Positions 51,308-64,000 of a stretch of DNA of 64,000 nucleotides are shown here, one piece after another. Under the pieces are notes generated by a model. That model did not search any database, was not told the origin of the DNA, and worked only from the letters and a program-made list of their open reading frames with translations. Position 1 is the first letter of the stretch, and every line of letters begins with the position of its first letter. A program made the translations under genes and the position numbers. The stretch comes from Octopus sinensis. Taxonomy: Eukaryota. The stretch spans positions 47,120,001-47,184,000 of the forward strand of contig NC_042998.1 in NCBI RefSeq assembly GCF_006345805.1, in the 5' to 3' direction.

Positions 51308-52225
51308 AATAGTAAAGTGTGAAAAAACGACAGAAGGCTTAAATGTTAAAAAATATATATATTTGTGTCAAAATGTCTGGAGAATATTGGAAAAAATTTT
51401 TTTCCCTTTCCTTAAAATGACATAATTTAAAAATTTTTAAAGAAATTACCGGTTTCGCGTGTAGCTTTTCAAATTTCTTGTGACGTTATGTTTATATTGC
51501 ATGGAATTATCGTTGTTTTTATTTCCAGGAGATTTCTAAATAAGGGGAGGTAGTGAGTGATTTTTTCCGGTGTAGGGGAGATAATCGCTTAAAAATTTTT
51601 TTTTTTCCCTTTTCCTTGTTAATTTCTCTGTGTCAGTATGTTCGGATGGTTGAGTCTGGGTTTGTACTTTTCATCCCAGAATATAGAATGATACCTTTTA
51701 GTGAGCACATTGAGAAATGCGCAAAGCAACTACTGCCACAATTTTTAATCTTCCCATTTTACCAATGTGCTTTCGGATCATCAACACAAATGAGACTGAA
51801 CAAGGAAACATTCTTCATTGAAAAGTACAAACCCAGACTCAACCATCCGAACATACTGACACAGAGAAATTAACAAGGAAAAGGGAAAAAAAATTTTTAA
51901 GCGATTATCTCCCCTACACCGGAAAAAATCACTCACTACCTCCCCTTATTTAGAAATCTCCTGGAAATAAAAACAACGATAATTCCATGCAATATAAACA
52001 TAACGTCACAACAAATTTGAAAAGCAACACGCGAAACCGGTAATTTCTTTAAAAATTTTAAAATTATGTCATTTTAAGGAAAGGGAAAAAAAATTTTTCC
52101 AATATTCTCCAGACATTTTGACACAAATATATATATTTTTTAACATTTAAGCCTTCTGTCGTTTTTTCACACTTTACTATTTTCTTATATATTCACCCAC
52201 GTGCTTTACCAAACAAACTTTCTTA
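51308..52225 (+). mobile_element. PLE 3' end (GIY-YIG C-terminus, 3' UTR, HHR) with long inverted duplication
   Basis: Arms 51308-51673 and 51819-52181 are nearly identical; spacer and right arm read PFSEHIEKC..FLIFPFYQ..RLNKETFFIEKYKPRLN; HHRs at 51440-51479(-) and 52010-52049(+). Confidence 0.9.
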
Positions 52226-53013
52226 TCTATATATATATATATATAGATGTGCATACGTCCATGCATACATACTTATATGAATACATACACACACACACTG
52301 TATAGGACATGCAGAATGCTATAGAAGTTCACTGTGCAATCATGTGGGCTTGGGCACAAAGTTGCTTGGCCACGTCTTTGACGAATATTTTCGACATTTG
52401 AAAATATTCTTGAAGCTACCCTTAATTTTCTTTGTAAAAATTCGTAGCCGAAAAATCGTCGGACGGGTAGTCCTGTGGATTAGTTATTAGGATGTTGTAT
52501 TCATGTTCGCAAGGTCTTGGTTTCGACAGCCGGACCAAGTGGTGTACTGTGTTCTTTATTGTGTTGTTTAGAAAATACTTCACTTCACGTTGCTTCAGTT
52601 TACTTAACTTAAGATGAGGTACCCTACGTTTGAGTTGTGATCTCGCTATATGCGATGTAAACCAGGTAACTGGCCCTAGAAGACTCAGAACTCGAGTGAG
52701 TAAGGACTAGGTGTTGATAATGATGACTTCAGATGTGCTGTAGCTACGATTCATTGAGCTAGTTTTCTCTCGTATTATATTACGTCTGTTCAACCTGAGG
52801 ATTACGTTAATAAGTTTTTGCAGGAATCAGCCATTTTCACATAAATCAATGTACAGGTATTGCCCTTGATCGAACAACAGGAAATAAAACAAATATTAAA
52901 AATACTTTAAAACATTCAAAATACATGCCCACACAGATATATATTTAAAATGATGGGGAATTAAGTTAAACAGATTTTATTCCTCATAAGCTGTGAATTT
53001 TATTCCTTGTAAG

Positions 53014-53600
53014 CTGTAAATCAACCGAGGAGGCAGCTCTCACGCCAGTACATTCGCCACAGCCATAGAGGAGGACCAGTATGGGACCAGTGACACAGAG
53101 GAGGTAACCAACAACCTCAGTATCACCGCCACAAATGATGAACAAACCATTATCATCAACATCGATAGAGTGACAGGCACCGCACCATATGTTACCATAA
53201 GTACAATCGCCACAGCTAGAGCCGATGACCAATCCGAAACCAGCGTCACAGAGGAGACAACCAGTGACCCCAATACTACCACTACAGATGATAACCAAAC
53301 ATTTATCATCGACACCGATGGAGCCACACAATATGGTATCACCGGCCACACCCACACTAACGCCGGTAGCATCATCGCCAATCATATGGCCAGAAACGAT
53401 AACTACGGTGATATCACCGCTGGATCATTGCGTCATAACGACAATGTCAGCAACATTCCCAGACCCAGAGCCTACCAGAAATATACCAGGAGTGCGAATA
53501 TAGTCATCTTCCAAGCTTGTAAATACATCGGGTCAACCAGTACATCTTTCAAAGGATTCTTCCGTAACCATTGGTCATCCTTCTGAGACTCAGAAAGACA
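53014..53600 (+). other. Unassigned coding-like segment with a 153-bp internal repeat (possible exon or pseudo-exon)
   Basis: Higher GC, not a recognisable repeat; frame 1 is open 53020-53586 (Thr/Asp-rich); frame 2 is Pro/Ser/Thr-rich with 4 early stops; candidate acceptor TTCCTTGTAAG ends at 53013. Confidence 0.35.
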
Positions 53601-54387
53601 TTTTGTCACGTCGTTAGCCAGCCATGTGTAGCAGCTCAACGATGAAGTGACTCCATGTGATACCAGGTGGAAAATAATAGAACACCCAGACCCATAAGTT
53701 AATGGGAGTGGCCGTTGCTAAAGAATTGTTAGCGGCCAGCCATGAGACACAAACTCATATCTCTGTGATTACCCGTCAGAGTGCTTTACCTTTAAGCAAA
53801 AACTGTCCAGTAACAAATTCCTTCTGCAATTTTTGAACTTATAAATTTAGTTTTTATAGACGCTATATGCGAAATTATGATATATGTAAACAAAATGCAG
53901 TGAGCTGGCAGAAACGTTATCACGCCGAGCGAAATGCTCAATGGTATATCGTCTGCCGCTACGTTCTGAGTTCAATTTCTGCCGAGGTCGACTTTGCCTT
54001 TCATCCGTTCAGGGCCGATAAATTAAATACCAGTTGGGCACTGGGATCGATCTAATCGACCGGCCCCCTCCCGCCAAAATTCGGGCTTTGTGCCTAAAGT
54101 AGAAAAAACAAATTATTCTCAAAAGCACAATATATACATATCGGCAAATGATGCAAGCTATAGAGGGATAATCGAAAACGCAGTACTCATCGAAGTCTTT
54201 CTCTATATGAATTCGTTACCGAATTACACATACTCCCTATATCCTCAAGTTGCCGTCAGAGATGCAGTGTATTAGTATAAAACTTACTTGGAAAACGATG
54301 CGTGGAGTTCAATCATATAATAATATAAATAATATATAAATATATGCATATATACATACATATATGTACATACTACATATATATGTA

Positions 54388-54441
<54 letters not shown>

Positions 54442-54907
54442 GCGTATAAGGGTAGAAGACATTAAAAAACGTAGAACACAATGAGAAACGAAAACATAAA
54501 AACATAAGAACAAAAACGAACTTTTTTTGGAACAACGAAAAAAACAGAGAAACGAGAAATGCAACATGAAGAATATTCCCATTCTTCAGTTGTCCCTGTT
54601 TCATCCATTCTGCGTTCGAAGGTGTATTAGTAGCCAGATTTGTTGGAAATCTGTCACAAATGACGTAATTATTCACCGATATACGTACAAAATACATGCA
54701 CATACATACATACATGAATATATATATATATATATATATATATTTAAATAATGAGGGAGATAAATTAATATTAATTTCAATATCAATTTAAAACCAATAG
54801 TCTAGCATACTAAAAATCTGAGAAATCAGAGAAAATTCTAATATATGTGTATATTGGCAGGGCAAGACTGATATATATATATATACATACATACATATAT
54901 ATATATG

Positions 54908-54985
<78 letters not shown>

Positions 54986-55000
54986 ATAACATATATATAT

Positions 55001-55046
<46 letters not shown>

Positions 55047-55074
55047 CATACATATATATATATATATATATAAT

Positions 55075-55658
<584 letters not shown>

Positions 55659-58318
55659 GGCAGAACTAATAAAAACAAATTAGGATGATTAGACTAGAGA
55701 TACAAGAAAATATTTGCTGTGGTACTGGATTTCAGAGGCGTACAAAGGCGCAGACTTTATTTATATAATGAAAAATGATGCACAGTCAGCAAAATATGGC
55801 ATTAGGTCAGTCGAAAATACATATATGAAATGGATTTTTAAAAGAAACTAACAAAATAATACCAGGGAGGAGAAAGAATGGGAAAGAAAAGAAAACACTA
55901 CTACACGAGAAAAGAAATCGTGGATGACTGCTTTCAAATCAAAATAAGAAATTGTTATATCTGGCGCATATCTCTTTGAACTAATCAAAAGTATTTGTCA
56001 AAATTCTAAAATTACCGAAAAAACTCGGCAATAGAATTTTGAGACCAATATCCTTAATAAGCAGCCCATTGTTTTAAAAATGAAACTAGAATATAAATTT
56101 CAAAATTTTGACAAATAAAATAAAAACAATTTATTTTAATGGTTGATGAATTTGTTGATAAATTAGTGGCAAAATATTTACCATATTATATGTGTGTGTG
56201 TGTTTCTGTATGTATGTATGTATGTGGTAAACACACACACCCATATATTATATGTGTGTGTGCCTATCTGTGTCTGTCTGTATATGAATATGCATACACA
56301 CATTCATACATGTGTGTGTGTGTGTGTGTGTGTGAGTGTGTGTGTGATACTGACTTCAATTTGAGAAAAATTGAGACTGAGCAGAGTTTCCCACGAATTC
56401 ATGACGTAACTAATACATGTTATCAACCATTCTATCATTCTCTACATCTCTATTATAGGTAATAGCTGACACACGCTATCTATAACGTTATCTATAACGT
56501 TTAGATGTGGTTTAAGAAATAAATAATAGTATGGATTTAGAAGAAACTCCGTGAACTGACCATTAGGATTTCCCAAGTGTCTGACATCATGGTGATGTCT
56601 GTGAATGCAGACACAGCTGTTCAATGTGCCAGTATGGAGGGAATGCATTTTCGCAGTAACAACTCCATTGTCAAAACAGATAGTTTAATCCTTGGTGGAA
56701 CGGTCATTCAGTGTAAAATAATTTTGCAAAATAATCGTTTAGTTTGTACGTTGTTTGCACGGCACTGTACGTTTTTGCGATTCAGTCCCTAAAGAAGAAA
56801 CTGCAGCCTGTTGTTCTGAGGGAAGTTATCGGGTAGCAATGGTAATTTAGATTGTAAGCATTAAACGGATTCAAATAGATAATCACTTCATCACAGCTAA
56901 AAAATATTCCCGATTCATATCACAACGAATCTTATGAGAAGGGAGTAATTGTGAATTGATCTGTGAATTCAATGTCGCATAAGTTTATGTTTTATTCTCT
57001 ATCAACAATAAACACGAAGTTCTTGGTGAGCACTATTACTAAAATCTTTTGGCAAATTTATGAGCCTGAAGTCGTATATTCCAATAACCATACTCGTTCC
57101 CTTCCTCAGCAACATCACCAATCCTTAGTTCACCTTGGCGAGAGTGCTGTGAACCAGCTTGGAATTACTGTAGGTTGTAGGCGGCAAGTGGGCAGAATCG
57201 TTAGCACGCCAGACAATGAGATTAACGGCATATCTTTCGGCTTTATGTTCTGAGTTCAAACTCCGCCGAGGTCGACTCTACCTTTCATCCTCTCAGGATC
57301 AATTAAATAATTATCAGTCGAGCATTGAAGTCAATGTATCGACTCACCCACTTTCACAAAATTTCGGGCCTCGTGCCTAAAACTGAGGCAATTGCTTTAG
57401 CCTGGAAATAAGACAACAGAGATCAAGACTAACATGAATGAATAAGTAAAGCTGGCAGAAAGAATATTCAGTCTTGGCGAATTACCCCTTGCGCAAATAC
57501 TCGACACATTCACTAGCTCAGTTATTGAAATTTACATGCCGCAGTACTCTACGTTTTCGGTCGAGAGTTGCAGTAGACTCTCTAGGTAGGTATCCAGTTA
57601 TACTGCCTTCAAACCAATATCTGGCTGATCGTTCAGCAATGTCATGCTGGAAAACCACACGTCCTGCATGGAACCAGGCATCACACGCCCGTTACGGACA
57701 ACCAAATTTTGAAATGTTTTATTTTTTATCAATTTGTTTGTTTACTGGTTTGCATGCTAGTCCGTGAACGTTCAGATTTTTTCGGTCTTGTTGCTAACAA
57801 AATTTGTGGTTTGTAGACACCGATCACTCATTTGCCCTGACTCACGACTTTTCTCTTTTATAGACCCATTCAGTCTATGTTAGTTTTGAAATTCTTCTGG
57901 CCGTTGATGTTGCGATCTTTCTCATTCCAATGATTGGAGGATGTTGAGAATATTTTGTTTCTTTTTATTTCTGTGTTTTCTATCACTTTCCTTAATTTTG
58001 GTCGCAGCATTTCTTCATAAGCCTGTTTGTATACTTCTGACAGGTACACGATGTAGCCGGACTGTACAGTGGATGAAATCTTACGACTGTAAAAACAAAG
58101 TTGAGCTTGTGGATAACTAAGATTACAGGTAGTAACCCGCTACTCACATAAATCTTACAAGGGATAAGACCGAACCTGAGTTAAATCACAAGCGTTAAGG
58201 ATGAGCTATGTGTAGTGCAGAATAGACAACAATACCGACAGAGACAAAAACAAAATGTATGGTGAGAGGGGTGAAACGCTATGGCACATCGTTAGCGAGT
58301 GCTCAAAACTGGCACAAT

Positions 58319-59385
58319 ACGAGGCCAACCATCTCTGAAATTTTTATTGGAATCCATTCAGTGGTTCTTGAGATATCTTGTCTACGGACAAACAAGCAAA
58401 CTAACACGACTGAAAACAATACCTACGTATTGTTTTCAGTCATGTTGTTTGTTTGTTTGTCCGTAGACAAGATATCTCAAGAATCGCTGGATGGATTCCA
58501 ATGAAAATTTCAGAGATGCTTGGCCTCGTGACTGGCACGAACTGATTAGATTTGGGGATCGATCCAGTACCGGACAAGGATTATGGATTATTTGTCATAT
58601 TCATTTTAAATTACATGAAGTATTACGTTCTTACGTTCACTTTCAAGTCTTTCTTTGATTATCTCCCTTGAAAGAATGCTCATGGTTTCCACGAAATTTA
58701 TAGTGGCGTTGCTGTTTCCAAAGTATTATTTTAGTTTCTCTATAATTAATTTTACTTGCGTCTCTATCTTAGTAGAAACTGATGGATAAGGAAATCAAAC
58801 TACATAAACAAATGTCAGCAAAACCGTTCAAAAATTGAATAACACTAACATATTCAGTAACAATAATAAATTTAATTTATCCTCGACAAATTTTAGTTTT
58901 ACCTACTTGACAATTGCATTTCTAGCTCTGCCTTCATGGAAGCTTTACTTCTTGGATTCACGTTTTCGTGCGCAACGATGTTGTTGAACCTCCGTTAACA
59001 GCACCCGACGCAGATCCTTTCCGTTTCCTTTCACGCACTGATAACATTTTCACTATAGACCTTAATGGTCGTAAAGACACTATATCAGTGGATAGACTAA
59101 AAAAGGCCTTCATAGAGAAAACTGTCCCTGTTCCAACTGCAGACGACACACACATAGCATTACAAACACCTTCACATTCCATGATTACGATTGGGATCGA
59201 TCAGTACTGGACAAGGATTTTGGAATATTTTTCCGTTTTTTTCTTTACTTAACTATTGAGAGAAGTCAGGTTCATTTTTGAACCTGTGAGGGCAGTCGTG
59301 TTTATTTCAGATATTCTCATTTCGAAAATCATCTCCGACTAATCGTTGAGAGAACGCTGGTGTTGCGCTCTCTGAGTGCTTTTAT
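58319..59385. mobile_element. Helentron/HINE-like element with head-to-head palindrome, interrupted by a Gypsy fragment
   Basis: About 104-bp inverted arms 58319-58422 and 58427-58529 with internal (GTTT)n; GGGATCGATC..GGACAAGGATT repeated at about 58555 and 59193. Confidence 0.5.
58890..59150 (+). mobile_element. Gypsy LTR-retrotransposon integrase C-terminal (GPY/F-like) fragment
   Basis: RNDVVEPPLTAPDADPFRFLSRTDNIFTIDLNGRKDTISVDRLKKAF. Confidence 0.75.
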
Positions 59386-60250
59386 TATTATTCACTGTAC
59401 TACTGAGTGCAGTTCTGTATGTCTTGGGTATGTGCTGCGGTTTGCTGTAATGCTCTTATTTTCACTTTATTGAAAGTGTTTTACGTAGGGTGTGTGCGGT
59501 GCATAGCAGTGCTATTTTCTGTATGCTATATATACTTTTAAATCCTGGTGTATTTGTCTGAATATTTTTTATCATACCTAATGCTCTACTATGATAGGAA
59601 TTGTTTCTGTTTTTAGATTTCACATTCGAGTTACCTCTATTCCCAGATCTTTGTATTTTGAAAGTTTCTCCGTTTCTTTTAGAGAAACATTGTCATATGT
59701 TGGTATTGATACATCGATTAGAAAGCATTTTTCTTGATGATCTCTGACGACTATTTCCGGAGTATTGGCCTTAATTTCTCTATCTGTTTGTATTGGCATA
59801 TCCTAGGGAATGGTTGTTTTCTTATTTTCTGTGACCTTTTCTGGTGTGTGCCTATACCATTTTTTTCTGTTGTTATTCCATAGTGTTGGCACATCTTCCA
59901 GTGCATATAGGTCCCAAATCTGTCGTGTCTGTTAATGTATTGCTATTTAGCCAGGATTGGGCGAACAGGAACAATAAGATTTATTGTTTCTTCTACATCA
60001 CCACATACTCTGAGGTTATTTGTTGTATATTTTTATTGTTATTATCAGAACAACAACAACATGGCTTTTCCGAATTTAGCATACTGCAACATAAAGACTT
60101 TGCATGGGTCTGTCTGCGTGACTGCAACATCGTAGACACTGAACACTTTCCCGTAGCATCACCGTATTTGTTTTTACCCGATGAGCATACGGGCAAATTT
60201 ACGTTTGCAAAGTTTATTGAAGATGCTGACATCAGATGGTGAAGAGCTAG
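59383..60250 (-). mobile_element. R4/Dong-like RLE 3' fragment with 3' UTR and TAA tail
   Basis: Frameshifted WDMPIQTDREIKANTP, FLIDVSIP, EKLSKYKDLGIEVTR, IQKIALLCTAHTLRKTLS; AATAATAATAA at 59383-59393. Confidence 0.8.
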
Positions 60251-60636
60251 GGGAGAAGGAAAAAAGATAGTCAGATTGTTTATATCAACAAGTTCAGGCT
60301 GCTATCTTCTAAACAGTTGGGGCCACTGTCTTCGAAGTAGTCTGCTCTTCCTGGTTTTCACAGTTAGCCACTGTGACGTCACTCGCGCTTATCTTGGTTC
60401 GCATACGGTTTGGGCGTCATCATCGTCTGGCTAATGAGTTTACATGCACCACATCACAACGTTGCCCTACATACAATCATACGTATGTATACATACATAC
60501 ACGGGTACACACACATAAGTATATATATACATGCATACACACACATATAAATGCATGCATACATACATACAGACATACGTGCATGCATGCATTCATGCAT
60601 AATTATATACGCACGTGTGTTATTGCATGCATATGA

Positions 60637-60683
<47 letters not shown>

Positions 60684-60873
60684 CTATACATATACCTGTA
60701 CACACACACTCACACACACATATATATATATATATATGAATGTATACGTGTATGATTTTATATGTGTGTGGATTCTAAATATGTATTATGTATGTATGTA
60801 TGTATATATATATATATATATGCTTTTATTATATGTATATGCGCATTCTAAATATGTATACACACACACACAT

Positions 60874-60941
<68 letters not shown>

Positions 60942-61430
60942 GTATATATACTTCTATTATATGTATATGCATATAAATCTTTTATGTCTATTAATGTACG
61001 TGTATGCGTGCACGCACTCCATACTCGAGAAGACACATAAATAAATACAGAGATGAATGACAGCGTGTGCAAATCTATTAATATGCGTGAGTTTATGTGC
61101 GATTGTTCAAACGTGTGTGTGAACAAGATGTTCTCGATAACATTCGTTTATATTTATGTCCCTATCAACACCTATATATGTATATATATATATATATCGA
61201 TAGATAGATAGATAGATAGATACCTATCTGTATCCATCCCTATCTATCTATATATCTATCTATCTAGCTATCTATTTATCTGTCTGTCTGTCTGTATGTA
61301 TGTATGTATGTATGTATGTATGTATCTATGTATGTATGTATTTATGTATGGAGCAATGATGAAGAAGCATTCTGAAGCTGACGCGTTCATGGGGGCTGTG
61401 TCACGATTCTTCAGTTCAATTCCTTCCATG

Positions 61431-61461
<31 letters not shown>

Positions 61462-63016
61462 CTTGTCACTTTCTTCCTGCTCACCCCTTATATTTTATAT
61501 TCCTTCATTTGTTCCTCCGTCCAACGTCAACATCCTCCACCGTCCCCCAACCGATTACAGCCATTTTAAGCTACCCAGGCATAGATATTCTTTTTTTATT
61601 TTAACTTCATTCTTTTTTTTTCTCACTCTCTCGTCCTTCCCCTCTTCATTTTCTCGTTTCTCTCTTCACCTACACTCCACCCACGCCCTACACCCGGCAC
61701 CCGACGGTCGTCAGTCGCTATCACTAATTGATGTTGTGTCGCTTAATGTTTTGATTAAACCATCCCAGAGCAATAACTGTTCCTTTATGGAAAGTTACTG
61801 ACATTAAAGATCGCAAACAAATAAAAATAAAAATCGCAAAAATGAAGCAAAAAAAAAAATGCAAAAAACAGTGTTGATTCCTTCCTGCAAACACACAAAT
61901 ATATACACCTCGCCCCACCCCACAACCACAAATCACATCAGTAACACTAACACCAACTTCAACATCAACACCGTATAAAATTTTTTTTCAGTTAAAACAT
62001 ATATAAAAATAGATTGGAAGTGTTGGCGAATATAGTAGATTATTTGTGGGGTGAAAATACATATCTGATATGACAGCTAGACCGAAACTAACAGTTTATT
62101 TACCTACCCACCTACTGATTGGATAGTGTGTAGGCAAGTCAGTTAGTCAGCCAGTTAGTTAGTGAGTTAGTTTATTAATTAGTTAGTTAGTTAGTATAAT
62201 GATAAATGCAAAATAAGATATCCGACTACATCATATCCTCATATAAACACACCCACAAGTATATATGGTATGCGTGTATGTATGCACACACGCATATATA
62301 TGCATACGTATATATGTGTGTGTAAGTGAGTGTACATGCACACACATATATATATATACATATGTGTGTGTATATGTATATATATAATTAAATAGTGCTT
62401 TACTATAGCGTCGTATATTATCGGCTGTTATATCCAGTAAATATTGGATCATTGCTGTATATATATATATGTATATATATATGTGTGCATGTATATACTA
62501 ATCATAAATGAAGTTGAAAATGCACAGTGTGTATGAAGATTCATTTAAATCTTTATATGAATACACTTAATCGAATGAATTTCAAAAGTGTAAAATTATG
62601 AAAAACGCGGAGCTGTGTCGAGTATCGGTGCAATTGTGGGCCAGTTGGTTGAAGATGAAGTGTTGTTAAGAAATGTCCATTGCAGTGTGCAAACGGTGTG
62701 GTTGCAATATGTATGTGTATGCATGTATGTATATATTCAGTTAATTTCAAGATTTCTTGTCAATAGAGAAAGAAACGGTTTCTAACCTAGAACTAATGCT
62801 CCTTCATGGGAATTTCAACGTCAACAACAGGGTATGTATGTATGTATGTATGTATGTATGTATGTATGTATGTATGTATGTATGTATGTATGCATGTATG
62901 CATGTATGTATGTATGTATGTATGTATGTATGTATGTATGTATGTATGTATGTGTGTGTATGTATGTATGTATGTATGTGTTATTTATGCATTCTCATTA
63001 ATATAGTTGCATATAA

Positions 63017-63830
63017 CTAAACATGCCCATATATATTCAAATGATAGACTTTTCGGAAAGTTTTACAGATTTTTACAGTTCCTATGATGGATTGGATCTG
63101 TAGTCTTCGAATTAACTTTCTCCTTTCTCGTTTTGAGAAGCCTAATTTCTCAAGATTGGTATTTAAGTAGTGTGTTACATATCCTAGGGTGCCAATAGTT
63201 ACAGCTATAAACCTGAACTTGTAATCTAGATAGAGTAACTGCAGATTTCTCAATAGTTCAGTATAGATGATATTTTTTTACTGATCTTCAGCTTTAAATT
63301 AACATCCGCTGGGCAGCTAATTTCCACAACTGTGCACAGTTTCTCTTCTCTATCCCAAATCATTATATCACGTTTGTTGTGCCTATATTTCCTTGAGGTC
63401 TTCACTGGTACATTTCACCAGTATTCCTTTTTATTGTGAGTGGCTATGGCTTCTACCATATTGCGGGTTCTTATTTTCTTTCTCCTCAGGATTATCCTTC
63501 CGAAGGATTTCATTATAGAGTGTCCTAGCTACAACGTCATGTCTCATCGGTAGATTGTACCGTGATGACATTTTCGGACAACTGCTTATGATGTGGGTAA
63601 TATCTTCATTGTGAACTCCACAAAGTCTGCCTCGTGTGTCACATTTTAGGGATTTTCCTGCATCTCTGTCCCATTTGTGCATCAGGTACTTGATATTTCC
63701 TGTTCCTGGATTGCAAGCATATACTCTTCAAAGTGGAAGGTAGTAATCCAGCTATTAGCTCCTGATAAACTGCTTTGATGATCGATGTTACTATCATCAC
63801 GGACCTTTCTACTAACATATCCATGCGTAG
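63017..63830 (-). mobile_element. RLE non-LTR retrotransposon 3' portion (second family)
   Basis: RLCGVHNEDITHIISSC, RHDVVA, CTVVEISCP, IGTLGYV..GTVKICKTF; abuts a (CATA)n array on the element strand. Confidence 0.85.
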
Positions 63831-63886
63831 TCTTCTGTTTATTTTTTAAAATTCATTAAGCAATTAAGAAGAACGTTCTTCATTAT

Positions 63887-63934
<48 letters not shown>

Positions 63935-64000
63935 GTATATATATATATATGCATATATATATGTATATATATATGTATATATATATATATATATAATATA

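Noticed and set aside
56560-56790. Possible host exon (ORFs 56577+ and 56442-)
   Set aside because: No recognisable domain and only weak splice signals
57470-57590. Possible exon ending in AG|GTAGGT at about 57586
   Set aside because: Weak acceptor and no recognisable protein motif
62760-62830. CCCATGA..GAAACCGTT motif next to a (TATG)n array
   Set aside because: Core and helices are too degenerate to support an HHR call

Overview
AT-rich, microsatellite-saturated animal DNA. The repeat content (tRNA-derived SINEs, (TA)n/(CATA)n/(CA)n/(TAA)n arrays) looks like an Octopus genome; the species is my inference. I recognise no intact host gene, rRNA, true tRNA or CRISPR. Most long ORFs in the track are microsatellite artefacts. 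The real coding remnants are transposon-derived: Penelope-like elements (PLE; RT plus C-terminal GIY-YIG), R4/Dong-like non-LTR elements with a restriction-like endonuclease (RLE) sitting in (TAA)n arrays, RTE and CR1-like LINE ends, Helitrons, Tc1/mariner fragments, a Gypsy integrase fragment and several MITEs. The main signal the ORF track misses is about 16 type-I hammerhead ribozyme (HHR) motifs or relics from several families. They include a U3-A8 covarying core (UUGAAAA), CCGAUGA and CUGUAGA cores, a tRNA-headed SINE carrying an HHR, and fold-back or tandem structures whose breakpoints often fall at the ribozyme. One non-repeat segment (about 53.0-53.6 kb) looks like an internally duplicated, possibly dead, exon. 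All folds and alignments were read by eye.
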